Shown here: piece by piece, positions 19,569-29,059 of the stretch | How positions within the stretch are numbered: position 1 is the first letter of the stretch | How the letters are laid out: the number at the start of each line of letters is the position of its first letter | Origin: Candidatus Woesebacteria bacterium | GTDB taxonomy: Bacteria > Patescibacteriota > Microgenomatia > UBA8517 | Direction of reading: 5' to 3' | Assembly (NCBI GenBank): GCA_963784785.1 | Contig: CAWASW010000007.1 | Span: forward strand, 66,394 to 130,393 | DNA length: 64,000 bases | Translations under genes and position numbers: made by a program | Notes under the pieces: model-generated | Seen by the model: only the letters and a program-made list of their open reading frames with translations | Database searches by the model: none | What the model was told of the DNA's origin: nothing

Positions 19569-19660
19569 ATCCTTAGATTAATAGATAAATAGATAATTAG
19601 AGAACTAGTAACGCATTCTGACTATTCATCTAGTCATCTATTTATCTAGTTCGCTAGCTA
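19569..19660 (-). repeat. ~65-90-bp conserved upstream element (family copy C), ending at the ybaB start codon
   Basis: Contains actagataaatagatgactagatgaatagt...ttctctaattatctatttatcta, shared with 45781-45851 and 59612-59687. Confidence 0.6.
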
Positions 19661-19965
19661 AACATTTGTTCAGCAACATTGATTATATTTTGATTATTCA
19701 CATCCGTCAACTCCTGCCTTGCAGGAGCCTCCTCAAGACAACATTCTATCCTAACTTCTTTGCCAAAAATACTAAGTGCAATGTCCTCCAACATTTTTTT
19801 TGTTTTTGTTTCTTCTAACTTATCTTTGTGAAATTGATAGTACACACCAAGTTTTATTCTATTGTCTTCAAAACCTAAAAGTTTTGCAGAATTTAGAAGT
19901 CCAGCAATAGACAAACTAATTGGTTTTACCTCTGCAAGAATTTTTTTCCAAGTGAAGTCATCCAT
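19654..19965 (-). CDS. DnaX C-terminal-domain-like protein (separate ORF, ATGA-overlapped with dnaX)
   Basis: Position immediately after the short dnaX and its helical character; could be a split dnaX. Confidence 0.45.
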   Translation of the reverse strand: MDDFTWKKILAEVKPISLSIAGLLNSAKLLGFEDNRIKLGVYYQFHKDKLEETKTKKMLEDIALSIFGKEVRIECCLEEAPARQELTDVNNQNIINVAEQMFS

Positions 19966-20972
19966 TAACTAATTTTACACCACTTGATGAGGGCTAGCTC
20001 AAGTGGTAATTCCTCTATCGGACTATACTTAACCATCTCTTTTGATGTCAAAATAAATTCAATTAAAGGAATTATTTCTTTGTCCTGTGTTTCTATCAGC
20101 ACCTGATGCAATTTTTCTAGCAATTCATCTGTCAGATATTCTATGTTTGATGATTTCTTAACAATTTCTAATGATTTGTTCAAATCTTTCTTAAGCACAC
20201 ACAAAATTAATTCATTTGCATTTGACTCCTTATCTTTATCAAGAAAACTTTTATCTGATACAAATTGTTCTAATGATTTTGCAGCGTCTCTAAAAGATCC
20301 CCAAGCTAATTTTACGATTTTATCAATTTCTTCTTTCTTAATTTTTATCTCTTCTTTGTCTATTATCCTTTGAAGAGATCTCATGATCTCTTCGCTAGTA
20401 GCTTTACTGAATTCAATAATAGTTACTCTACTTTTTATCGTCTCAATTAGCTTTTCAGGATTTGTAGTTGCCAATATAAAATAAACATGAGCTGGGGGCT
20501 CCTCAAGCGTTTTTAACAAGGCATTTGATGCCTCTGTCGTTAACATGTGGCATTCATCAATAATATAAATTTTAGCCTTAGAACTACTTGGTGATAATTT
20601 GACTGCATCACGCAATACTCTGATGTCATCGATTCCTCTGTTGCTTGCCGCATCCATTTCAATGACATCAATATTATTACCCGCAGTTATTGATTTGCAG
20701 CTCTCGCACTCGTTACAGGGTTCAACTATACCCTGTACACTAGACGCTATACGCTGGCAATTTATTGCCTTAGCCAAAATCCTTGCAAGTGAAGTTTTTC
20801 CAGTTCCTCTTGGGCCTGCGAACAAAAATGCATGTGGAATATTTCCTGATCTCAAAATATTATTTAAAGACTCACGAACTGAAGTTATATCTATCTCGTC
20901 AATTGTTTGAGGTCGATATTTTAGGTAGAGTGTCATCCTCTTTAAGATATCATTCTTCGTGATGAATTCCAA
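19965..20972 (-). CDS. dnaX: DNA polymerase III subunit gamma/tau (short form)
   Basis: AAA+ motifs GPRGTGKTS, DEVH-like IIDECHML, Cys cluster CNECESC, sensor 2. Confidence 0.85.
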   Translation of the reverse strand: MEFITKNDILKRMTLYLKYRPQTIDEIDITSVRESLNNILRSGNIPHAFLFAGPRGTGKTSLARILAKAINCQRIASSVQGIVEPCNECESCKSITAGNNIDVIEMDAASNRGIDDIRVLRDAVKLSPSSSKAKIYIIDECHMLTTEASNALLKTLEEPPAHVYFILATTNPEKLIETIKSRVTIIEFSKATSEEIMRSLQRIIDKEEIKIKKEEIDKIVKLAWGSFRDAAKSLEQFVSDKSFLDKDKESNANELILCVLKKDLNKSLEIVKKSSNIEYLTDELLEKLHQVLIETQDKEIIPLIEFILTSKEMVKYSPIEELPLELALIKWCKIS

Positions 20973-21336
20973 GTAAATGAAGTGCAGAGTGGCCTACTAA
21001 TTCTAGTACTTTTTCTTCAATCAATTTATTTTCCATCTTTGCTTCTTTTAGAACAATTGGAAAGCAAACTACTATTTCACCTAAATGCATTGTATTATCG
21101 ATATGTTTAAAATTACATACTTCAGATTCTACGAATGAAAAAACATTGTGAACTCGATTATCTTTTCGGTAATATTTCTTTCCCAAGGCTTTCATCTTTG
21201 CTTCCCCTACAAAAGAAACGTGACATTCCGCATCAGAAACTATTCCATTATTTTTAAAAAAGTCTTGAAGAAATTTACGAACCTTAACTCCACTTATTGG
21301 ATAATTAGATTGTTTTGATACGTTTATTTTCACCAT
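20950..21336 (-). CDS. ybeY: rRNA maturation endoribonuclease YbeY
   Basis: Metal-binding H..LHLLG.HH motif (HSALHLLGIHHE) at the C-terminus. Confidence 0.85.
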   Translation of the reverse strand: MVKINVSKQSNYPISGVKVRKFLQDFFKNNGIVSDAECHVSFVGEAKMKALGKKYYRKDNRVHNVFSFVESEVCNFKHIDNTMHLGEIVVCFPIVLKEAKMENKLIEEKVLELVGHSALHLLGIHHEE

Positions 21337-21349
21337 TCTAATTAACCGA

Positions 21350-21808
21350 TTAACTAAGTTTCTGTCTTACTAACTGCGCGACCATTGCACCATCTACTCC
21401 TCCATTTTTAGATTTTACATCTGCTATAACTTTCCCCATATCCGCAACAGTCTTTGCTCCCAACTCAAGTATTGAATCACTGATTAACTGATTTACTTGT
21501 TCTTCTGTCACTTCTGCAGGTAAAAATTCAGACAATATAGCAAGCTCAGCTTTTTCGTTCTCTGCCTGTTCTAAAGCATTTGCTTTTGTATACATTTCAA
21601 TTGCTTCTTTTCTCTTTTTTGCTTCCTTTCTGACGACTAGCAGTTCTTCTGCTTCTGTTAATTCTCTTTGTTCAGTTGCCGCTGGATCGTAAACATTAAT
21701 TTTTGCATTTTTAAGTTCTGCAGATAAACCACGTAAAGTTGATACCCTGACAGCATCGTGCGCCTTCATCGCATCCCCAACCATTTTCATTATATTTGGT
21801 GTAATCAT
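21350..21808 (-). CDS. GatB/YqeY-domain protein
   Basis: Length and sequence pattern of the YqeY family. Confidence 0.75.
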   Translation of the reverse strand: MITPNIMKMVGDAMKAHDAVRVSTLRGLSAELKNAKINVYDPAATEQRELTEAEELLVVRKEAKKRKEAIEMYTKANALEQAENEKAELAILSEFLPAEVTEEQVNQLISDSILELGAKTVADMGKVIADVKSKNGGVDGAMVAQLVRQKLS

Positions 21809-22143
21809 TATATTTTGTTAAGTATATCACTCTCATCCTCTAATTTTCCAGCCAATAAATGCCAGTGCACATGCATTACTTCCTGATATTTTCCCCCGTT
21901 AAAAATCATTCTGTATCCATCCTGTAATTTTTTGTCCGCAATTACTTTCTGAGCCACCTTAGCCATCCGTAAAATAACATCACCTAGTTCCATAAAGTTC
22001 GTAATATGCTTTTTTGGAATTACTAACAAATGGCGTTCAGCAACTGGGGCGTTACTGTTAAAAACAATGCAATCAGAATCTTCATAAACGAAATCAACCT
22101 TTATGTCACTTTTAATAATTTTGCAAAAAACACAATCTTCCAT
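21808..22143 (-). CDS. HIT-family (histidine triad) hydrolase
   Basis: HVHWHLL histidine triad; N-terminal C..C. Confidence 0.85.
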   Translation of the reverse strand: MEDCVFCKIIKSDIKVDFVYEDSDCIVFNSNAPVAERHLLVIPKKHITNFMELGDVILRMAKVAQKVIADKKLQDGYRMIFNGGKYQEVMHVHWHLLAGKLEDESDILNKI

Positions 22144-22145
22144 AA

Positions 22146-22562
22146 TTATTTAAGTTTAGCCCACAATTTCAGATCAGCAACCCCCTTTGGGGTAGAAATA
22201 TTCAAAAAATGCTTGTCATATGTAACAAGTGTTGAATTTGTCTCTATTGCCGAAGCTGCAATCCAAATATCATTGGTCGGGATTGGTTTTCCCTTCTTTA
22301 GCAACTCAGAAAATATCTTGCCGTATATTTTTGCAGTATTAATCTGAATAGAAGCTCTGTTAACAAAAATATTATTTAAAAATAAATCAAGGATTCTTTC
22401 ATTTACTTGTAATTTATTTCCTTGATAAAAACCTACATAGAGTTCTCCAACCACAATAGTAGGTACAAATACGATATCGCTATTTTTGATTTGATCTATT
22501 ATTTGCAAATCTCCTTTTACAAAGTTACTATAAGCGTTTGTATCAAGTGTAATCGAATTCAT
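22146..22562 (-). CDS. PIN-domain toxin (VapC-like)
   Basis: ITLDTNAY... start and PIN acidic residues; directly follows the antitoxin gene. Confidence 0.8.
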   Translation of the reverse strand: MNSITLDTNAYSNFVKGDLQIIDQIKNSDIVFVPTIVVGELYVGFYQGNKLQVNERILDLFLNNIFVNRASIQINTAKIYGKIFSELLKKGKPIPTNDIWIAASAIETNSTLVTYDKHFLNISTPKGVADLKLWAKLK

Positions 22563-22847
22563 TTATTTCCAATCTTCGGGGTATATCTTCTCATTAGCCT
22601 CATCTGTCACTCGATTTAATTCATCAGCTTCTTCTACACTCATAGTACCTGCTAGAGATAAAAGATCAGCTTTCGCTTTTCTCTTGATGGTTTCAGTGAT
22701 TAAGTGATTTTCATAGGCAGTATAGACACCGATTGGATTATTATTAGACAATACAACGACGCCATCTTTGGCTGTCTTGGCTTTTTTGATAACAGCCTTA
22801 AAATTTCTTTGAATTTCTGTGGTTGTAGTGTAGATTGGCATTAACAT
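22563..22847 (-). CDS. Phd/YefM-type antitoxin
   Basis: N-terminal pattern (T..E...NF...I..A......VVLS.N..P.GV) typical of Phd/YefM; adjacent to PIN. Confidence 0.7.
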   Translation of the reverse strand: MLMPIYTTTTEIQRNFKAVIKKAKTAKDGVVVLSNNNPIGVYTAYENHLITETIKRKAKADLLSLAGTMSVEEADELNRVTDEANEKIYPEDWK

Positions 22848-22871
22848 ACGATCAGATTATCATACGTATAA

Positions 22872-24068
22872 TTATCTGTCAAGTTCTTGGAGTACTTCCT
22901 CAAAATCCAGAAGACGAGAATTACTTGAAGTTCTTTCTTTGTATTCAATTTTATCTCCAGTCTTCTCTGATACTACAAGCCTTACAGGAATTCCTATTAA
23001 ATCAGAATCGCTAAACTTTTCTCCTGCTCCAATTTCTCTATCATCAAACAATACATCAATACCTTTTTCTAATAATTTTTCATATACGTCTTTCCCTTTT
23101 CCATTTAATCCAATTAAGTGAACCGCAAACGGTGCAATTTCTTTGCTCCAAATTATACCTTTTTCATCGTGTGAGACCTCTACCCATGTTCCCATTACGC
23201 GAGTAGGACCTATTCCATAACTTCCAAACCAGACAGGTTTTCTTTTTCCATCTGAATCAGTAAAAGTCATGCCCATTTTTTCTGCATACCATGTTCCAAG
23301 TGGAAAAATATTTCCTACCTCAATTGATTTTGCAGAGATGAAATCTTCTTTTTTACCATCCAAGACTTCCTCGTTCACAGCTTCAGTATCCCCTTCTTTC
23401 CAGTAGATTACATCCTCACCTGCCTCAGACAAAACCTGAAATTCGTGAGTAAATTTGTCTGTAAACACTCCGCCTGAAGCTTTGGCAATTTTGAAATTAA
23501 ATCCAAGTCTAGTAAAAATTTTAGAGTACGCTCCTTTTACTTTTTCATAATATTCCATTAAGTCTTCTTCAGTTGTGTGGGCTGAATATAGATCTTTCAT
23601 CATAAACTCACGGCCTCTTAATATTCCATTCTTAGCTCTAAGTTCATTTCTAAACTTTGTGGAAAAATGATATACAGCAACAGGTAAATCTTTATAGCTA
23701 TTAATGGTTTTTCGGAATAAATCCATTACTATTTCTTCATGAGTAAATGACAATACAAATTCTTTATCATGCATATCTTTTAATTTATACATGATCTCAT
23801 TTGCTTTATCCCATCTACCTGTTTCTCCCCAAATAGCCTTAGGGTGCAAAAGTGGCATTAACATTTCTTGTCCACCAACTGCATTTATTTCTTCTCTAAT
23901 TATTTGGTTGATTTTAGTAACAACTTTCCACCCCATAGGAAGAAGGGTCCAACTTCCTGCCATTAATTGATCCATAAACCCTGCACGAACAAGAAGCTTA
24001 TGATTTACACTTTCCGCGTCTTTTGGTGCCTCTTTTTTAGTTTTTGGAAATAGCTGACTTTGCAACAT
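22872..24068 (-). CDS. proS: Prolyl-tRNA synthetase (short form without editing insertion)
   Basis: N-terminus MLQSQLFPKTKKEAPKDAESVNHKLLVRAGF and class II motifs; only 398 aa. Confidence 0.85.
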   Translation of the reverse strand: MLQSQLFPKTKKEAPKDAESVNHKLLVRAGFMDQLMAGSWTLLPMGWKVVTKINQIIREEINAVGGQEMLMPLLHPKAIWGETGRWDKANEIMYKLKDMHDKEFVLSFTHEEIVMDLFRKTINSYKDLPVAVYHFSTKFRNELRAKNGILRGREFMMKDLYSAHTTEEDLMEYYEKVKGAYSKIFTRLGFNFKIAKASGGVFTDKFTHEFQVLSEAGEDVIYWKEGDTEAVNEEVLDGKKEDFISAKSIEVGNIFPLGTWYAEKMGMTFTDSDGKRKPVWFGSYGIGPTRVMGTWVEVSHDEKGIIWSKEIAPFAVHLIGLNGKGKDVYEKLLEKGIDVLFDDREIGAGEKFSDSDLIGIPVRLVVSEKTGDKIEYKERTSSNSRLLDFEEVLQELDR

Positions 24069-24081
24069 ATGGGTTATTGTA

Positions 24082-25188
24082 TCACTTAGTCATATTATCA
24101 AGAAAGCCGGAGATTGAGCCTGCTGAAATTAGACCTCTGACATCCTTAAAAGTTATTGCCAGTATTGCGAGAAGTAAAATTGCCATACCTACACCATGAA
24201 TTGTTGCCTCCAACTTTGATCCAATCTTTTTCCCAAAAATAGCCTCAATTATTATAAATAGCAATCTTCCCCCATCAAGTGCAGGAAAAGGAATAATATT
24301 TAGTATTGCAAGATTAACTGAAATTATGCCAAGTAAATTAATTAAAGGTAATATTCCAGTTTTGGCAACTTCTGAAGTAACTGCAAAAACTCCAACGGGA
24401 CCTGATACATCCTTTGGAGATTTACCGTGGAACAAATCAGTAAAAATTGAAATAAATCCGTTAACTACATTCTTGCCCCAGAAAATAGCCTCCTTGGTTC
24501 CATAATATGCCCCATAAAAAGGTCTTTGCCATATTGGTGCAAAGTAGGTCTCTGTATTTGTTATTGTTACTCCTAATGCACCTTGGCCAGCTGGTGGATT
24601 TGCTCGTGGTGTTATTGTAACCGTTCTTTCTTGTAATTCTAATTTTACTTTTTTACCTTTTTTGGTTTCGATACTTGAGACAAATTCTGAAACACTTTTA
24701 ACCTCTTTCCCATCAACTTTTTTAACGACATCACCAACTAATAGTTTGGCATCTTGTGCAGGTGAATTTGTTGCAATATCAGTTATTTTTACTTGCCCAG
24801 TATCTCTAGGAATTCCAGTAAACGAATAAACAATACCAAAAGCAACAATGGCTAACAAAAAGTTCATAATGACACCTGCTGTAATAACTGCAGTTTTTAC
24901 CCATAAAGATTTATTTAAAAATGCCTTATCCTTTTTGAACACTTGCCCTGAGCTGGCCGAAGGGTCCTCTGTCATTTCGCCGTGAAGTCTGACAAATCCT
25001 CCAAAAGGAAGTGCATTAATAGAATAAATTGTCTCCCCTATTTTCTTGCCAAATAAACGGGGGGGTAGTCCAAATCCAAACTCTTCAACCCAAATCCCAT
25101 TCCATTTAGCCACCATAAAATGTCCTAGTTCATGAACGATAACAAGAATTGAAAGTACTAGAAGAAAAATTAAAATAGACCAAAGCAT
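24082..25188 (-). CDS. rseP: Site-2 protease RseP (M50 zinc metalloprotease with PDZ domain)
   Basis: HELGH zinc motif in TM1, a PDZ segment and C-terminal LDGG. Confidence 0.85.
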   Translation of the reverse strand: MLWSILIFLLVLSILVIVHELGHFMVAKWNGIWVEEFGFGLPPRLFGKKIGETIYSINALPFGGFVRLHGEMTEDPSASSGQVFKKDKAFLNKSLWVKTAVITAGVIMNFLLAIVAFGIVYSFTGIPRDTGQVKITDIATNSPAQDAKLLVGDVVKKVDGKEVKSVSEFVSSIETKKGKKVKLELQERTVTITPRANPPAGQGALGVTITNTETYFAPIWQRPFYGAYYGTKEAIFWGKNVVNGFISIFTDLFHGKSPKDVSGPVGVFAVTSEVAKTGILPLINLLGIISVNLAILNIIPFPALDGGRLLFIIIEAIFGKKIGSKLEATIHGVGMAILLLAILAITFKDVRGLISAGSISGFLDNMTK

Positions 25189-25239
25189 AAATAGTAGTAT
25201 GCAGTATGTAGTATGTAGAATGCAAGAAGAAAAGTAAAA

Positions 25240-26181
25240 TTACTTCCTTAAGTCTCTAAAATGAACGCTGGCCTTTTGATTTATCATTACGCCATCAATT
25301 TTTAAACTTCTAAGTACGTCTTTAGCAGTATCTTTGTCTGTATTCGGATTCAATAAACCATTTTGGCCTCCTAACATCGTGCCTTCAGTTAATCCTTTAA
25401 AAACATCAAATGGTAAAACAACAACGTCATCATAATCCTCATAACTAAATTTTAGTCCTATTGTTTTTAGATCATTGCCATCATGACCCACAGTTATTAA
25501 TTTCAAATTATCTTGATTTTTAGCCCACCATCTAAAGAAATTTTCAACTTTCAATTTTACATCTGGTCTGTCTACGACACGATCCGTCCTTTCTGGCTTA
25601 TGGTGCATATCAATCGGGTAAATAACTCTTAACTTATTCCCTTCAAATGGTTTATCGTTAAATTCGTTTTCTCTTAGCGTTTGTAAAAATAGTTCTTTAG
25701 TGGATAAATCAACAGATCGAGGAAAACTCGTAGCATTTGACCGTTGCCCCTTATTAAAAAGGTCAACGAAACCAGACATTGTAATATCTAATTTCTCAGA
25801 CTCATGCCCATTTCCATAGCCTAATATTATTTGGTCCTCTTTATAACCACCATTTGCATGAATATAAATTATTCTTGTATCTGGATTGGTTAAAATTCTT
25901 TCAAGTTTTAATTCTTCTTCTTTTCTAGATCTTCTTTCATCTTCTACTGCTATAACTTCTGTCTGAGTCATTGTTGGCATTTTAGGTTGTAAATGATCTC
26001 CGGCAAGCCATTGATTAAACTCACGCTTGTTAAAATTTTTGTCTCCTCTTTCTTCCTCGAAATCAGACTCCAGCAATCTTCTATCAGCTTTTGTTAATCT
26101 GTCTGGTCCTTTTGGTAATTTATCTGACATACTTATAAACATAGTTAAAAAAAAATACAAAATGCAACCGGGAATTTTCAA
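25240..26181 (-). CDS. Hypothetical protein (true start probably at the internal MSDKLPKG)
   Basis: ORF; no motifs I recognise. Confidence 0.4.
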   Translation of the reverse strand: MKIPGCILYFFLTMFISMSDKLPKGPDRLTKADRRLLESDFEEERGDKNFNKREFNQWLAGDHLQPKMPTMTQTEVIAVEDERRSRKEEELKLERILTNPDTRIIYIHANGGYKEDQIILGYGNGHESEKLDITMSGFVDLFNKGQRSNATSFPRSVDLSTKELFLQTLRENEFNDKPFEGNKLRVIYPIDMHHKPERTDRVVDRPDVKLKVENFFRWWAKNQDNLKLITVGHDGNDLKTIGLKFSYEDYDDVVVLPFDVFKGLTEGTMLGGQNGLLNPNTDKDTAKDVLRSLKIDGVMINQKASVHFRDLRK

Positions 26182-26408
26182 ATTCTGTTAAGGTCTGACC
26201 TTTTTTAGCTCCACCTTCGAAAAATTGATTTCAATTTGACGAGCGAATTCAATCAAAAAGTTTGCATCTGCTCGACGAGGGCTTGCCCCGAAGAAGTCAT
26301 GCAAACATAGTATGAGTGAGGCAGATTGCTACCAATTTTTTGCAGGTGTGTCTTTTCTTCTTCCAATTCTTGCTTTGGACAAGCAAGGAAGAATCGTGTT
26401 AAATGAAG

Positions 26409-26963
26409 TTAAATTGTGAGGAGTTCCTGTTTTTTGGATTCACCAATTGTTTCAATTTTAGCAATATAAGAATCAGTTAATTCTTGAATTTTACTTTCTG
26501 CATCTTTCTTTTCATCTTCTGTAATAACTTTGTCCTCAAAACTCTTTTTGACATCATGCATTTCATCAGCTCTGACTGAACGTACCATTACTTTGCCATT
26601 TTCTAATTTTTGAGACAATAGTTTTACATATTTTTCTCTATCCTCAGTTGTTAATGGAGGGAATGAAATTCTAATTACTTCTCCATCAATTGATGGATTC
26701 ATTCCCATATTAGCTTCCATTATCCCCTTTCGGATGTCTCCAATAATTGATTTGTCCCAAGGAGATATAACAATCATTTGTGTATCAGGTGCTGTGATTG
26801 ACGCAACTTCCATCACCCTCATCATTTGTGTTCCTCCATATGCAGGAACCATAATATTTTCAACTAAAGAAGGTGTTGCCCTACCTGTTCTAATTCCTGA
26901 AATATCAGAGACAACAGAATCTACTACCTTTTGCATTTTTGAAGAAATTTGAGAGCTATCCAT
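26409..26963 (-). CDS. frr: Ribosome recycling factor
   Basis: Full-length match to the RRF pattern (~184 aa). Confidence 0.9.
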   Translation of the reverse strand: MDSSQISSKMQKVVDSVVSDISGIRTGRATPSLVENIMVPAYGGTQMMRVMEVASITAPDTQMIVISPWDKSIIGDIRKGIMEANMGMNPSIDGEVIRISFPPLTTEDREKYVKLLSQKLENGKVMVRSVRADEMHDVKKSFEDKVITEDEKKDAESKIQELTDSYIAKIETIGESKKQELLTI

Positions 26964-27024
26964 TGTTTATATAATATATGTCATCGCGAACGAATGCAAT
27001 GAGTGAGGCGATCTAACATCAAAC

Positions 27025-27061
27025 AGATTGCTTCTCCGCCCAAGGCGAATCGCAATGACAC
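27025..27061. repeat. 37-bp GC-richer intergenic repeat AGATTGCTTCTCCGCCCAAGGCGAATCGCAATGACAC (copy 1, tsf-frr spacer)
   Basis: Near-identical copy at 54783-54819; partial copies ttcgcaatgacact at 54834-54847 and 59101-59114; related atgagtgaggc-agattgct module at 26312-26330. Confidence 0.55.
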
Positions 27062-27062
27062 T

Positions 27063-27515
27063 TTAATTCTTTCCTAATTCAATTCTCACAACACGTCCAA
27101 GTCTTATATTTTCCCCAGTTTTTGCAATAAGCTCTTTGATTAAATCTTTGATCTTTTTGCTTGGATCCTTAATAAAATCTTGATTCTCCATATCTTCCTG
27201 GCCCATTGAAGCAGCCTGAAGTGCTATATCTTTTCCTAACTGTTCAAACAATTCATTTTTTGCAACAAAGTCAGTTTCTGAAAATAATTCCACTACTGCA
27301 ACGATCTTATTACTGTGGTGAGTGTATGAGAATACTTTTCCTTGTCCTGTTACTCTATCTTCTCTTTTTGCAACTTTCTCTAAGCCCTCTTTTTTAAGAA
27401 TTTCTAAAGCTTTTACCTCATCACCATTAACTTCTACTAAAACATTTTTAACACGCATAATACCTACACCTGTTGCCTCACGGATTTTTTTAATTAATGC
27501 AGTATCAATCTTCAT
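27063..27515 (-). CDS. tsf: Elongation factor Ts (short form)
   Basis: N-terminal UBA-like LIKKIREATGVGIMRVKNVL and its position after rpsB. Confidence 0.8.
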   Translation of the reverse strand: MKIDTALIKKIREATGVGIMRVKNVLVEVNGDEVKALEILKKEGLEKVAKREDRVTGQGKVFSYTHHSNKIVAVVELFSETDFVAKNELFEQLGKDIALQAASMGQEDMENQDFIKDPSKKIKDLIKELIAKTGENIRLGRVVRIELGKN

Positions 27516-27541
27516 AGCGTATAGCGTATAGCGTATAGGTC

Positions 27542-28267
27542 TTAGTTCTTACTGTTACCTTTTCGCTTTTCGCTTTTACCTCCTTTTCCTTGTCCTTCTA
27601 AAATAGCCTCTTTAATATATCCTAAAACTAGTTCAAGTGCTTTTGTTGCATCATCATTCATAGGAATTGGGAAATCTACTAGATTTGGATCTGAATTGGT
27701 GTCAACTAAACCGATTATAGAAACATTCTTTCTGTTTGCTTCTTTTATAGCTGTTATTTCTTTTTTGATATCTACAACTATTAGTAGGTCAGGAGTAGAT
27801 TTAAGGTTTGTGATACCACCAAAAAATCTTTCAAGTCTTTCTTTTTCTCTTTCCAAAAGAAGTCTTTCTTTCTTAGTATATTTTGCATAATATCCGGTTG
27901 AGAACTTAACCTTCATGTCAGCTAACATATCAATTGATCTTTTAAGTTGTGTAAAGTTTGTGATTGTTCCACCAAGCCATCTTTCAGTAACTACTGAAAT
28001 TCCAGTTTCTTGAAGTATTTCCAAAGCCTTATCTTTTGCTTGTTTCTTAGTAGCAAGAAGCAATACTGAACCGTTAGCTTTAACTACTTTGGTTATTTCA
28101 GCTAAGGCAACTTCTAAAGCTTCTTTAGTTTTTACAAGATCAAAAATGTGAACACCGTCTTGTTCGCCGTAAACGAATTCCTTAACTTTTGGATTCCAAC
28201 GTTTAACCTGATGCCCAAAATGTGCACCTGATTCTAATAAGTCTTCTAGTGATATATTTACTGCCAT
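27542..28267 (-). CDS. rpsB: 30S ribosomal protein S2
   Basis: LLESGAHFGHQVKRWNPK motif. Confidence 0.9.
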   Translation of the reverse strand: MAVNISLEDLLESGAHFGHQVKRWNPKVKEFVYGEQDGVHIFDLVKTKEALEVALAEITKVVKANGSVLLLATKKQAKDKALEILQETGISVVTERWLGGTITNFTQLKRSIDMLADMKVKFSTGYYAKYTKKERLLLEREKERLERFFGGITNLKSTPDLLIVVDIKKEITAIKEANRKNVSIIGLVDTNSDPNLVDFPIPMNDDATKALELVLGYIKEAILEGQGKGGKSEKRKGNSKN

Positions 28268-28379
28268 GATATTTATATATGTTTCCTTATACTTCTATAG
28301 ATTCGGAAGGTCCAGGAAACTGAATCTATATGCTTAGTGAGTATTATATTAGAGAATTTATAATCTAGCAACTAGGAAG

Positions 28380-29036
28380 TTAATTGGTGAATTTGAAGGT
28401 AGAAAGAATCTGATCAAATACTGCATCAGGTTCTCCGATAGAAATATCAACAATATATTTATACAAACTAATTTCGATTAATGTATTAGCATGAGAAACC
28501 AATAGAATTTCACCACAAGCCATTTCACAATGTTTGTATCTAATAGCAGAAGAATCTGCGATTCTAATAGAATTTATATCAAAATTTTGTTGAAGCGAAT
28601 TTTTCTGGATGTTGTTTAGTGCGTCATCTAGTGTCTTTTCGTTAGAAATTGATCCATATAATATCCACGATTTAGATTTATTGTCTTCCTTAGAATAAGA
28701 AAAAATCGTAGGATATTCAGAATTTCCAGGTTGATTCAATTCTGCAGGATATTTAAACGAAAAACCATATTTTTCATTTGTATATGTTTTCCAATTTGAC
28801 GTATCAATTGCTGCGCTATCAGTTGCAACTGGTTCTGCAGTAGGTTTTTGTGTTGCTGTTGCAGCTATTCTTAAATCTTCATTCTTCATTCTCAATTCAT
28901 TTGCAAGCTTTTGATTTTGAAATCCAAAATAAGCCGAAATTGAGACAGAAATTAATAACAAAATAGACATTAAAACAATCAAAAGAACATTATTTTTAGG
29001 CTGTTCTATTTTTGGGGTTACTATTGGAGTCTCCAT
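28380..29036 (-). CDS. Hypothetical membrane-anchored protein
   Basis: N-terminal TM; ORF. Confidence 0.4.
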   Translation of the reverse strand: METPIVTPKIEQPKNNVLLIVLMSILLLISVSISAYFGFQNQKLANELRMKNEDLRIAATATQKPTAEPVATDSAAIDTSNWKTYTNEKYGFSFKYPAELNQPGNSEYPTIFSYSKEDNKSKSWILYGSISNEKTLDDALNNIQKNSLQQNFDINSIRIADSSAIRYKHCEMACGEILLVSHANTLIEISLYKYIVDISIGEPDAVFDQILSTFKFTN

Positions 29037-29059
29037 TATTTAATGGTAACATATTCTTT

